Source: an uncultured Muribaculaceae bacterium (GTDB lineage Bacteria > Bacillota_I > Bacilli_A > RF39 > UBA660). From it: a DNA stretch of 47,413 nt. The translations under genes were made by a program, and so were the position numbers. The notes beneath the pieces are model-generated. The model was given only the letters and a program-made list of their open reading frames with translations, did not search any database and was not told the origin of the DNA. The stretch is taken from contig CAZJKO010000005.1 in NCBI GenBank assembly GCA_964546995.1, positions 1 through 47,413 on the forward strand. Direction: 5' to 3'. Shown here piece by piece: positions 1-8,809 of this stretch (position 1 is the first letter of the stretch; each line of letters begins with the position of its first letter).

Positions 1-31
1 TTTTAGTTAGCAGTTCCCATAGTTCTCGCAC
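1..31 (-). CDS. Possible 5' end of a gene running off the window (MRELWELLTK...)
   Basis: AAGGAG SD upstream of GTG at 31, frame open to the edge; only 10 codons visible. Confidence 0.3.
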   Translation of the reverse strand, partial: MRELWELLTK

Positions 32-124
32 TTTCTTTCAACTCCTTCTTTTTACGTTACTATTTTACCATATTCTTCCAATTGCCGACAATTGTTCTCT
101 TTTATTTTTGCGAATTTCTTATAT

Positions 125-164
125 AAAAAAGCTTTATCTTTTCTCCTCTTTTAAAAGATAAAGC
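125..164 (-). terminator. Intrinsic terminator after the XRE gene
   Basis: 12-bp perfect inverted repeat GCTTTATCTTTT/AAAAGATAAAGC (131-142/153-164) followed by T6 on the minus strand. Confidence 0.8.
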
Positions 165-172
165 ATTCTTCT

Positions 173-427
173 TTACTTATTATCTATCGTTTCTTTTTCG
201 AAAAACTTATCGATTCTAACCTGTAAAATAATCGATATTTTATATAGTGTCATAAGTGAAATATTATTTCGATCATTTTCTGACTCTATTCGTTTTAAAT
301 GGTTCACTGATATATCCAGTAATTCGGCTAAATCCATCAATCGCATGCCTTTTTCTTTTCGATATTTTTTAATGTTTCTACAAATGACAGCTTTGATATT
401 TTCATTAAAATCAGCATACTGATTCAA
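173..427 (-). CDS. XRE-family HTH transcriptional regulator
   Basis: NIKKYRKEKGM..LAELLDISVNHLKRIES HTH_3 pattern; start moved to TTG 427 behind GAGGGGTG SD (ORF track gives 508). Confidence 0.85.
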   Translation of the reverse strand: MNQYADFNENIKAVICRNIKKYRKEKGMRLMDLAELLDISVNHLKRIESENDRNNISLMTLYKISIILQVRIDKFFEKETIDNK

Positions 428-560
428 ATTATCACCCCTCAATACAAACATTATAGAAAAAATCAAAAAAGAAATAAGCAACCTTTTATGCCAAAAAATG
501 GAAAACATGATATACTTATGTCATAGTGATACACTATAATTAACAAGGAGGTGTTCGATT

Positions 561-1013
561 ATGAACAAAGAGACAACACTAACTACAGTTGTGCAAAATG
601 CTTATGACAATTTAACGGGTATTGCAGAGGTGGGTGCTTTTGTAGTAGGAAGCTATTTAGATATTATTATTCCTAAAGATCACGAAAATCATAAAAGCGA
701 AGAGATCGACGAAATAATCAATTTGCTTTTTTGGAAATTTTGTGATGAACTTCAAAGTAAAGCACTTAAAAGAAATATGGACCCCGTTACTTATCAATCA
801 TTTTGTTTTAATGAACCAAGACAAGAATTAATTGACGATTGTTTTCGAATTGTCAATTATGCTTTATCTGATGAAAATACCCATACAAGATCTACTACTT
901 TTTATTCGTTATTAGATTCTTTAACGGTCAATTATGATCACGAAGACTTAGAACAGGTCCTCAATACGATATTTGATATATTATTGGATTATTATATTGC
1001 TGTTAAAAATTAA
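561..1013 (+). CDS. Hypothetical acidic helical protein (150 aa)
   Basis: Strong AAGGAGGTG SD, TATAAT upstream; no recognisable motif. Confidence 0.75.
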   Translation: MNKETTLTTVVQNAYDNLTGIAEVGAFVVGSYLDIIIPKDHENHKSEEIDEIINLLFWKFCDELQSKALKRNMDPVTYQSFCFNEPRQELIDDCFRIVNYALSDENTHTRSTTFYSLLDSLTVNYDHEDLEQVLNTIFDILLDYYIAVKN

Positions 1014-1014
1014 A

Positions 1015-1227
1015 TCATTTCTTTTTTATTGTAATGTCGATATCGAATTCTTTGACGATTTTCTTTAAAATATCTATTCCATAATTTACAGTACCAGCTT
1101 CGTACTGTTCAATCGTTCTTTTCGATTTTCCTATTCGTGTTGCAAAATCTTTTTGAGTAAGATTGGTCCATTCACGAATAATTCTAATTGTTTCACCTTT
1201 TGTATAATCTTTTAAATTAAATTCCAT
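1015..1227 (-). CDS. XRE-family HTH protein (70 aa)
   Basis: IRIIREWTNLTQKDFATRIGKSKRTIEQYEAG HTH_3 motif; GGTG SD. Confidence 0.85.
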   Translation of the reverse strand: MEFNLKDYTKGETIRIIREWTNLTQKDFATRIGKSKRTIEQYEAGTVNYGIDILKKIVKEFDIDITIKKK

Positions 1228-1366
1228 CGTATCACCACACTAAAGTAATTTTATCAATAAAACTTTTTAAAACTCCTTTGATTCACTATCACATAGTGAT
1301 ACTTTGGTAAATTATACCAATTTTGACGAAGAAAATGGATCTTAAAAGCTATCTTTTTTCCATTTA

Positions 1367-1404
1367 AAAAGCAGTACTTGTAATAGTTTTACAATACTGC
1401 TTTT
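1367..1404 (-). terminator. Terminator downstream of the ABC-F gene
   Basis: AAAAGCAGTA-CTTGTAA...TTACAA-TACTGCTTTT hairpin with flanking A/T tracts. Confidence 0.7.
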
Positions 1405-1449
1405 GTTTTAAATAAAATCTAGATGTTATTTTACTTCTAAATTTTCTTT

Positions 1450-2952
1450 TTATCTTTTTTGGATTAATCCTTCTGAAGTTAATCTGTATAAATGTTCTAT
1501 TACTTCATCAATGTATTTTCGATCATGGGATACGCTGATAATCGTACCCTTGTATTCTTTTAATGCTTTCCGGATCACAGGATTTGATATAGGACTCATG
1601 TTTCTTGTCGGTTCGTCTAATAGTAACACATTGCATTTATCTAAAAGTAATTTTACTAAGAATAATTTTGCTTTGGTACCATTGCTTAAATCTTTTATCT
1701 TACTTACCATTTCCTTCCGCGTAAAATTCATGTTTCCAAGAAGGATTCTTGCTTTGGTTGTTTTTTCTTTTTCGCCACTTGGAGAAATGAAATCTAAAAC
1801 ATATTCATATGCATCTAATACCTCTTCATATGTTTGTGGCATGTACCCAACGATTAGATCTTCTCTTTTTTTTAAGTTACTATAAATTTCTTTGATTAAC
1901 GTCGATTTTCCAACACCATTTTGTCCTACAATACAGATATGTGTATTTCCAATTATTTCTAATTTCACATTTTTGCATAATACTTTATGCCCTATTTTTA
2001 ATGATGGGATATTTAAACTAATTATCTGTTTGTTTCGAGGTAGTTCAACGTTATCAAAATAAAAATTAATGCGTTCTTCAACATCCGGTATTTCCGTTAA
2101 CTCTCTATCTTCTAATTTTTTTTCTTGTGCTTTTAGGGAATGCATTTTTTTCTTTAATGCTGCCGCTCCATGGGGATCTTTTCTGGAAATAATATTTTGT
2201 TGATATTCCACTTTTTGCATTATTCTTCTATATTTGGCAAACTGTTTATCGTATTCTCGTTTTTCGGATTTAGCAATTTGAGTTTGCTTATTTATTTTTC
2301 TCATTCGTTGATTTATATATTCATCATAATTCATTCTTAATAGGGTATGTCTACAATCCGTTTTTTTCCTCGTTTGTTCTAAATGAAGGATCATATTTGC
2401 TGTATTAGATAACAATGTTTCATCATGTGATACATATATCATAGGTATTTCTTCGCTGTTTATCAAATTTTCTAACCATTCTAATGTTTCGATATCTAAA
2501 TCGTTCGTCGGTTCATCTAAAAATAATATATCGTATTCATCAATCCATAATTTCAATATACTTACCTTTACCTTTTCTCCACCAGACAACCATTTCATTT
2601 TTTGATTTAATATATCCTCTTTTAGATTCATCATTTCTAGATATTTGTAGAAGCTATTTATCTTGTTATAATAATCACTTTCATCGATAAACAAAAAATC
2701 ATATACTTCTTTGTCTAACTCTTCTTTGGTTAATGACTGCTTTAAATAGCCAATTCTATTTCCTTTAAAATTCACTTTTCCTGTTATTAACGCATAATCA
2801 CAAATACCTAACACAGATTTTAATAACGTCGACTTCCCATTTCCTTCTTCCCCAATAATTGCAAGCTTATCTCCTTTGGTTAATGTTAAATTCAAATTCT
2901 TGATCAAATATCTATCATCAATAGATATGCTTAAATCGTTTATTTCAAACAT
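1450..2952 (-). CDS. ABC-F family ATPase (two ABC domains, no TM domain); possible ribosome protection protein
   Basis: Walker A GEEGNGKST and GQNGVGKST, LSGGEK/LSNGTK signatures, DEPT Walker B twice, VSHD twice, basic helical linker. Confidence 0.9.
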   Translation of the reverse strand: MFEINDLSISIDDRYLIKNLNLTLTKGDKLAIIGEEGNGKSTLLKSVLGICDYALITGKVNFKGNRIGYLKQSLTKEELDKEVYDFLFIDESDYYNKINSFYKYLEMMNLKEDILNQKMKWLSGGEKVKVSILKLWIDEYDILFLDEPTNDLDIETLEWLENLINSEEIPMIYVSHDETLLSNTANMILHLEQTRKKTDCRHTLLRMNYDEYINQRMRKINKQTQIAKSEKREYDKQFAKYRRIMQKVEYQQNIISRKDPHGAAALKKKMHSLKAQEKKLEDRELTEIPDVEERINFYFDNVELPRNKQIISLNIPSLKIGHKVLCKNVKLEIIGNTHICIVGQNGVGKSTLIKEIYSNLKKREDLIVGYMPQTYEEVLDAYEYVLDFISPSGEKEKTTKARILLGNMNFTRKEMVSKIKDLSNGTKAKLFLVKLLLDKCNVLLLDEPTRNMSPISNPVIRKALKEYKGTIISVSHDRKYIDEVIEHLYRLTSEGLIQKR

Positions 2953-3057
2953 ATTATGCCTCCTTTTCTCGGCATAATCTAAGTTTATGCCTAACTTATT
3001 TTGTTACAGTATTCATTTTATCACCTCACTTTTGCTACACTTATATACATTATAACA
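2953..3057 (-). promoter_or_regulatory. Attenuator-like leader of the ABC-F gene: extended -10, uORF and alternative hairpins
   Basis: TGTTATAAT (3049-3057); GAGGTG SD; segments GGCATAA / ATTATGCC / GGCATAAT, the last overlapping the AGGAGG SD. Confidence 0.65.
2996..3016 (-). CDS. Leader peptide uORF MNTVTK*
   Basis: ATG AAT ACT GTA ACA AAA TAA preceded by GAGGTG (3022-3027). Confidence 0.65.
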   Translation of the reverse strand: MNTVTK

Positions 3058-3216
3058 TATTATTTTTTATCATTATTGCTATTCTTTACTTATTTAACGT
3101 GCAATTATGGAATTACAGTTTCATGTTCATCTATTTCTTTCTAACAATAGAAAAAACCAATTCAATCGAATTGATTCTATATTTAAAAGTTCGAATAGTT
3201 CGAACAGATTCGTCAA

Positions 3217-3300
3217 TGGTGCGGGTAACAGGAGTTGAACCTGCACGTCAATGACACTAGATCCTAAGTCTAGCGCGTCTTCCAATTCCGCCATACCCGC
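3217..3300 (-). tRNA. tRNA-Leu(TAG)
   Basis: GCGGGTA acceptor stem, anticodon arm CTAGA-CTTAGGA-TCTAG, long variable arm, GTTCAA T-loop, encoded CCA. Confidence 0.97.
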
Positions 3301-3430
3301 AAATAATATGTTCATTAAGAACATTACATATATCATTCTACAACAAATTTGACTATTTTACAATAAATTTTATTCAATATCTTAAAAAAAAGAATAAGAA
3401 AAGGTCTCTTTCGAAACCTTATAGCATAAA

Positions 3431-3507
3431 TGGTGGATCCTATAGGACTCGAACCTATGACCGTCCGGTTATGAGCCAGATGCTCTAACCAACTGAGCTA
3501 AGGATCC
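3431..3507 (-). tRNA. tRNA with CAT anticodon, most likely tRNA-Ile2 (lysidine-modified)
   Basis: 77-nt cloverleaf GGATCCTTAGCTCAGTTGGTTAGAGC...GGCTCATAACC...CCA; sequence resembles Bacilli Ile2 rather than initiator or elongator Met. Confidence 0.93.
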
Positions 3508-3568
3508 CTATGCCATTTCATAATAACATATTCTTCTTCTTTTATCAAGAAGAAAACACCATTTTCTA

Positions 3569-3997
3569 CTATTTTTGTAACATATTTAAAAGATTTACTT
3601 TAAACATATCTTTTTCTGGATTTGTCTTAGAAATCATAACACCTTTGTATGTACTTAACTCAGCACGGTGACCTTCTTCTAAGATTCCTTCTGGTGTGAT
3701 ATTCGTTAAAAGAATGACGTTTTTTGCTTCATACACTGTATAATGTAAACGAATTTCTCCATGTACTTTAGCAAATAATTCATCGGTTGGTAATTTTAAT
3801 TCATACGATTTAGTTTGATCTTTTTTCGATACAGACACTAACTCTCCTAAGAAATTACCATTTCTAAGTTCTGGATAATAATCGAACGTTAATTTTTTAT
3901 ACGCTAACATATTGTATTTTCTGACTGATCGTTCTTTTTTACGAAAATCATTTTCATCTAAATATTCAAATATAAAAGATTGTTTCATCATATTCAA
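3569..3997 (-). CDS. Hypothetical protein (about 140 aa), possible RelE/ParE-like fold
   Basis: Clean ORF with its own consensus promoter; YELKL..GEIRLHYTVYEAKNVILL pattern. Confidence 0.75.
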   Translation of the reverse strand: MNMMKQSFIFEYLDENDFRKKERSVRKYNMLAYKKLTFDYYPELRNGNFLGELVSVSKKDQTKSYELKLPTDELFAKVHGEIRLHYTVYEAKNVILLTNITPEGILEEGHRAELSTYKGVMISKTNPEKDMFKVNLLNMLQK

Positions 3998-4045
3998 CCC
4001 CTACCCCTTTGACTATCTTGAACCCCTGATTTTCAAGATGTCTAG

Positions 4046-4074
4046 ATTATAGCATAAAATAACTTTTTTGTCAA
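4046..4074 (-). promoter_or_regulatory. Consensus sigma-A promoter
   Basis: TTGACA-17 bp-TATAAT with TG extension. Confidence 0.8.
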
Positions 4075-4123
4075 CTTTTTTCTTTTTTTTTGCTTCAAAA
4101 CAGAAAAGTAAGATCTTACGACC

Positions 4124-6043
4124 TTACTTTGTTTTGCTTATTTCTTCTAAAGTTTCTTCTGATGCCATTTCTTCTACCATTTGTTGAACAACGACTTCTT
4201 TTTGTTCTTCTGTTAATGCACTTTCTCTCGGAACATCGATGATATTACCATCTTGATCATAAATTGGTCCATCAAATTCTAGTGATCCATCATTCTTTAC
4301 ATATTCATCATCAACTTTAATGTGATCATCGACATCATTTATAGTTGGACGAGAGAAATCAGGAGATGGATTTACGCTGTTTGGTTTATCGTTCATCCAA
4401 CTGTTTTCTTTATCCACTTGATCTTTTACTTTATCTACTTCTTTTTGATCTGCTTTTTCAATTTGATCTACTCGTTGTTGCCATTTTTCTTCTTCTCTAC
4501 GATTTTGTTCTGCAAACTCTCCATCGATAGCATCAATTTGACTTTGGATATCGTTTTTCGTTGAAGAACTCAATCCATTTAACCATTGATTTTGTCCCTT
4601 AATGTTGGTACGATTTTGTTTTTGCATTTTAGTAGCTATTGCAGCTTTACGGTCGATCATTTCTTGCATAAAATTATCGCGAATTGTTTTTAAATTACTT
4701 TCACTGCGAACTTTTTCGACTTCCGTTTTAAACATTTCGTAAACTTCTTCGAAAGAAAGATCATCGTGAAGTGTAATGGCAATATCACTACCATTTACTG
4801 CTGATACACTTGCGTATGTATTATCACTATTCAAATTCGCCATTCGATATGCTGTCAATGTATCATTGATATCATCAAATCTTTCACTTGATAAGTTACA
4901 AATGTTGCTGTAATCGATTGTTTTATGTTCTTCATCTGTTAGTAATTTCATATTCATGTCGGCACAAATTACTTCTGATGCAGTAATCATTGGCACAACG
5001 GATGCATAGTAATCTTCCATTCTTCTAGAATGATATTCAAATCCAGGTTCGGTCGTTTCACTCTGAATTGCTTTCACATTCCAATTTTCCATGATACGAT
5101 TGTACATCTTATCGCGTTCTGCTTTGAAACTTTCCGTATTGTAGCTTTGTACTAAAGTACGAAAATTGTTTAAATAATTAAGATAGAAATCTCTTCCTTC
5201 TTCGTTTAATAAAAGGTCGAAATCACCTGTTTCTTTAGCAGATAATAAGGTTTCTACTTCTTTTAATGTAGATTCCTTTAATGCATCTACTAAACTATTG
5301 TTTTTATTTAGATCTTCATATTTACCAAATATATCGATCAATTCTTTATCATTATAATCATTTGTTACTAAGATTTTACCAAGAATAACATCTGCGGTAT
5401 CGTTAGAAGTCTTAGCGTACTTTAACATTCTTGTGAATACCTCTTTACGTGCAGAATCTTCAGGTAAACTTTTTAAATAATCATCTAATGAAGCAAAATG
5501 TTTTTCTTCGGCATAAGCTGTCGTAATTTTTGGAAGTTTTACGGTTTTATTATCCGCAGAACTTTTTTTGTTTAATTTTACTAACTGGGTGATTCCTAAA
5601 ATACTTAAACCGACAACAGCAACGGCTCCAACACCTGCGATAATACGCTTTGAATTGTCTTTTACTTTGGCTAATTGTGCTTTTATTTTAGCTTTTCTTC
5701 GTTCATCTGCTTTCGATGAATAATCTAAGCTTTGTCTTCTGTATCGTGCACGCTCTGCACGAACCGTTTGAAACTCTTTTTTATTTAACACCGTAAAGTT
5801 GCCATTTTTGTGTAATTCTATCAATTCTTCGATATTCGTATCTGTCTTTTTCGCTATTTCCGTAAGTAGAGCATGCATGTACTGATCAAAATTATCATAC
5901 TCTTCGTACTTTGGTAAATCAGCTCTATCTAAATCTATTGCTTTTCCATCTTCGAAATAACAGAAAGCTTCATTTGCTGTGCTGTGATTATCTGGATCGA
6001 CAATAGTAAATAACTCTGTTAATTTATTTGTATCTTTACTCAT
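4124..6043 (-). CDS. Hypothetical single-pass membrane protein (639 aa)
   Basis: Long ORF, GGGGTG SD, one hydrophobic helix (IIAGVGAVAVVGLSILGI) after a basic stretch, acidic/coiled C-terminus. Confidence 0.85.
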   Translation of the reverse strand: MSKDTNKLTELFTIVDPDNHSTANEAFCYFEDGKAIDLDRADLPKYEEYDNFDQYMHALLTEIAKKTDTNIEELIELHKNGNFTVLNKKEFQTVRAERARYRRQSLDYSSKADERRKAKIKAQLAKVKDNSKRIIAGVGAVAVVGLSILGITQLVKLNKKSSADNKTVKLPKITTAYAEEKHFASLDDYLKSLPEDSARKEVFTRMLKYAKTSNDTADVILGKILVTNDYNDKELIDIFGKYEDLNKNNSLVDALKESTLKEVETLLSAKETGDFDLLLNEEGRDFYLNYLNNFRTLVQSYNTESFKAERDKMYNRIMENWNVKAIQSETTEPGFEYHSRRMEDYYASVVPMITASEVICADMNMKLLTDEEHKTIDYSNICNLSSERFDDINDTLTAYRMANLNSDNTYASVSAVNGSDIAITLHDDLSFEEVYEMFKTEVEKVRSESNLKTIRDNFMQEMIDRKAAIATKMQKQNRTNIKGQNQWLNGLSSSTKNDIQSQIDAIDGEFAEQNRREEEKWQQRVDQIEKADQKEVDKVKDQVDKENSWMNDKPNSVNPSPDFSRPTINDVDDHIKVDDEYVKNDGSLEFDGPIYDQDGNIIDVPRESALTEEQKEVVVQQMVEEMASEETLEEISKTK

Positions 6044-6056
6044 ACTTTCTCACCCC

Positions 6057-7337
6057 TTACTTTTGCTTTCTATTTCCAGTATAGTAGAAACCTTGGTTGA
6101 TTAAGTTTTGATCGTATTCACTTGTACTCCATGTTGTATCTGTTTTTCCATCGGTTAATACTTTACGGAATTGTTCACTATAGTATTTGATATCCGCATA
6201 AGCTGGTTCTTCACGATATGCTACTTCTGCTTTGGTCCTCGTCGCATAAACATCGATCGTTCTTTCTCCTTTAGCCGCACAAGTTACCGTGTAACTTGGA
6301 CTTGATGTTACATCGACCATACTTCCCGTATACGTGTATTTTTCATACTTGAATTGTGGTAATGTTTGACAAGTTTCGTCGCATCCATCCCATGATACGC
6401 CTTGGAATACATAGTAACTATTTACCGTATCTTCTGGTGGTGTTGTATAAAGACCCGTTCCTTGAGACACCCACTGTCCGCCAGTCGTTGCATAAACTGT
6501 GTTATCATGTTTTACATAAGCATATTCTTGACACCAATATTCTTGGTATGAACCGATCTTTTCTTGATATTTGTGTTCTTGTACATATGCTTTTTGATAA
6601 GTACCGATCTTTTCACGTTGCATTTTTACTTTTACTTGTCTCAAACAGGTATAATCATTTTCGTTACAAGTAATTTCGTTTATTCCATCGGCATCGACAT
6701 AACGAATCCAATTACTCCAATCGCCCCATTTCGATAATGTCATACTCGTAGAACGTTTATATTCATATAAATATTCTACCACTGGATCAGGTGTCGGCGT
6801 TGGTGTAGGTGTTGGATTGTCTGGCACAGGGTTGCTTGGTCTTACTACAACAGCTTCATCTTTCTTTGCACAGATATCGCTATTACAGTAATTGTAACAT
6901 CCCATATGAACAAGGACATAATCCTCTTCCTCGGAACAACTTAAGAATACTTTCATCAAATATTCATCTTCGAGTTTTTCGATTGTAACGTAAGATTTAT
7001 CTACGTCACAAGCTTTTCCATTTTTATCGACAAATGGAACTAACAACTTTTTCGCAATCATGTCGCGAAGTGTCATCGTGTCTTTACCACCAATTTCTTG
7101 TGGTAAGCGCTCATTCGTATAATAACTTTGAGCTGCATCTTGCATTCTCTTTAAATTATCTGCAAAAATCTGGCTTGTTAAGGCAGATAATTCATTTGAT
7201 GCTGGCAATTTTGGTGTAATTGCTTTAGGCAACAACCAAACTAGTAGTAATACAAATATGATGATAAGTAATAATTTAAGTAGAAAATCTCTCATTGGAA
7301 ATCTTCTTGTTTCATTTTCTTCTGTATACATATACAT
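6057..7337 (-). CDS. Membrane-anchored surface protein with pilin-like head, Pro-Thr linker and Cys/Tyr/Trp-rich C-terminal domain
   Basis: N-terminal TM helix FLLKLLLIIIFVLLLVWLL, PTPTPTPTP linker, paired Cys. Confidence 0.8.
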   Translation of the reverse strand: MYMYTEENETRRFPMRDFLLKLLLIIIFVLLLVWLLPKAITPKLPASNELSALTSQIFADNLKRMQDAAQSYYTNERLPQEIGGKDTMTLRDMIAKKLLVPFVDKNGKACDVDKSYVTIEKLEDEYLMKVFLSCSEEEDYVLVHMGCYNYCNSDICAKKDEAVVVRPSNPVPDNPTPTPTPTPDPVVEYLYEYKRSTSMTLSKWGDWSNWIRYVDADGINEITCNENDYTCLRQVKVKMQREKIGTYQKAYVQEHKYQEKIGSYQEYWCQEYAYVKHDNTVYATTGGQWVSQGTGLYTTPPEDTVNSYYVFQGVSWDGCDETCQTLPQFKYEKYTYTGSMVDVTSSPSYTVTCAAKGERTIDVYATRTKAEVAYREEPAYADIKYYSEQFRKVLTDGKTDTTWSTSEYDQNLINQGFYYTGNRKQK

Positions 7338-7377
7338 TCCCCCTCTTGTTTATGGCTTGTATTATAACACTGCTTCT

Positions 7378-7641
7378 CTATTTTGTCAAATTATTTTTTA
7401 AAATGACGAGCGTCATGCCAGAATTAAAGTTATCTAATTTATATGTTTCTACTAGTTTATGATGTTTCAATACATCGTGTACTTCCTTTTTTAAAACGCC
7501 AGTTCCGATACCATGAATAATGGCTACTTCTTTATATCCTATTGTGAATTGATCTTCTAGAAACTCTTCGGTTGTGATACGTGCTATTTCTCGATCCATT
7601 CCATGAAGATCGATTTGTGGCATACTGTTACGATAGATCAT
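7378..7641 (-). CDS. Stand-alone Smr/MutS2-type domain protein
   Basis: IDLHG, IIHGIGTGVLK and NSGMT motifs. Confidence 0.9.
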   Translation of the reverse strand: MIYRNSMPQIDLHGMDREIARITTEEFLEDQFTIGYKEVAIIHGIGTGVLKKEVHDVLKHHKLVETYKLDNFNSGMTLVILKNNLTK

Positions 7642-8527
7642 ACTTATTCTTGCTTTCTAAAACATCTTCTAAGTTCGGACAAGAGTATCTTCCTCCAATT
7701 GTCTGCGTCGATAAGGCCCCTGTTATATTGGCAAGTCTCGCTGTTTCTTCTAGGGATTTCTTTTGTAGTAAAAAGTAGAGAAAGGCCCCATGGAAAATGT
7801 CCCCTGCTCCCGTTGTATCGACAGCTTTTACTTTGATGCTAGGAATGATCTTGTAGGCGTCACTTTTTAGAAAACATCCATGTTCTTCTAGGGTGATCAC
7901 GATTTCATTTTGAAAAGCACTTTTTAATTTTTCGTACACTTCGATCAAAGTATCTTGGTTTTCTATGTCGATTTTTGTGTTTGTAAACTCTTCCGCAAAC
8001 TCTTTGGAACAAATGACATAATCGACTAAAGGACATAAAGCGAGCGTTAACGGTCTTACTCTTCCTGCGTCGATAACCTTGAGGGCTTGTTTGTTATGTT
8101 CTATTGCATAAAGCGATGCTTCTAACTCTTCCCCATCGACTAAGATTGCATCAAACGTTCCTTCTGGAAGATATGTGTACTTGATATTTTCTTTTTTCGA
8201 GGTTAAAATCGTCCTGGTTCCCGTTGCGGTGTTTGCAATAATAAAGCTTTCAGCCGTCTGTGTTTTTGCTTGTCGTTCTAAATACGTTGTATCTACCCCA
8301 ACTAATTCCAATTCTTTTAGGATGCTTTCGCCATAAAGATCGTCACCTACTACCCCCGCAAACGATACATCCATTTTCCATTTAGCCAATAGATATGCGG
8401 CATTACTGGCAGGACCTCCACCACACTTGATGATTTCACCAATCCTCGTTTTGGTATTTTCTCTTGGAAAATTCAACACAGGAAGTGTGATATCGTACGA
8501 TGCGTGTCCTATACATAATATTTTCAT
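7628..8527 (-). CDS. PfkB/ribokinase-family carbohydrate kinase
   Basis: GGGPASNAA and VDTTGAGDIFHGAF signatures. Confidence 0.93.
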   Translation of the reverse strand: MKILCIGHASYDITLPVLNFPRENTKTRIGEIIKCGGGPASNAAYLLAKWKMDVSFAGVVGDDLYGESILKELELVGVDTTYLERQAKTQTAESFIIANTATGTRTILTSKKENIKYTYLPEGTFDAILVDGEELEASLYAIEHNKQALKVIDAGRVRPLTLALCPLVDYVICSKEFAEEFTNTKIDIENQDTLIEVYEKLKSAFQNEIVITLEEHGCFLKSDAYKIIPSIKVKAVDTTGAGDIFHGAFLYFLLQKKSLEETARLANITGALSTQTIGGRYSCPNLEDVLESKNKYDLS

Positions 8528-8554
8528 AACATCACCAACTATGACTATTATAGC

Positions 8555-8584
8555 AAAAAAAGAATTATCTTTAAAGACAATTCT
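8555..8584 (-). terminator. Intrinsic terminator following the displaced ppdK-like 3' end
   Basis: AGAATTGTCT-TTAA-AGATAATTCT followed by T tract. Confidence 0.75.
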
Positions 8585-8587
8585 CGT

Positions 8588-8635
8588 TTATTTCACTTCT
8601 TTTTCCTTTTCGCGTATAGCGGCTTGTACCACTGC
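8588..8635 (-). repeat. Degenerate duplicate of the ppdK 3' end (att-like)
   Basis: Encodes AVVQAAIREKEKEVK* versus ppdK AAAQASIREKVNK*; 23/31 nt identity of 8605-8635 with 12479-12509, including exact CCTTTTCGCG. Confidence 0.7.
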
Positions 8636-8714
8636 TTTGTTTGGGAGGCAATTATATATAAATACAGCTTAGATAATGAATTATATTTTTCTACATCCAA
8701 ATAAATTATAACAT

Positions 8715-8738
8715 AAAAACCTAGTTATGAAAACTAGG
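8715..8738 (-). terminator. Terminator after the downstream RNA repeat
   Basis: CCTAGTT-TTCAT-AACTAGG followed by T5. Confidence 0.75.
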
Positions 8739-8743
8739 CATTG

Positions 8744-8781
8744 AATGACTTAGAGCTTCTAAAGTTTTCTAAGCACCACTC
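8744..8781 (-). ncRNA. Putative abiF-associated hairpin RNA, downstream copy
   Basis: 32/38 identical to 9698-9735 with two compensatory base-pair changes; TATAAT 6 nt upstream; terminator just downstream. Confidence 0.7.
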
Positions 8782-8809
8782 ATTAATATTATATTACAAA
8801 TGCTTAAAT

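Noticed and set aside
3127-3336. 69-aa ORF
   Set aside because: Overlaps tRNA-Leu entirely; spurious translation
6783-6825. Pro-Thr codon repeat
   Set aside because: Ordinary low-complexity protein linker, not a DNA-level repeat element
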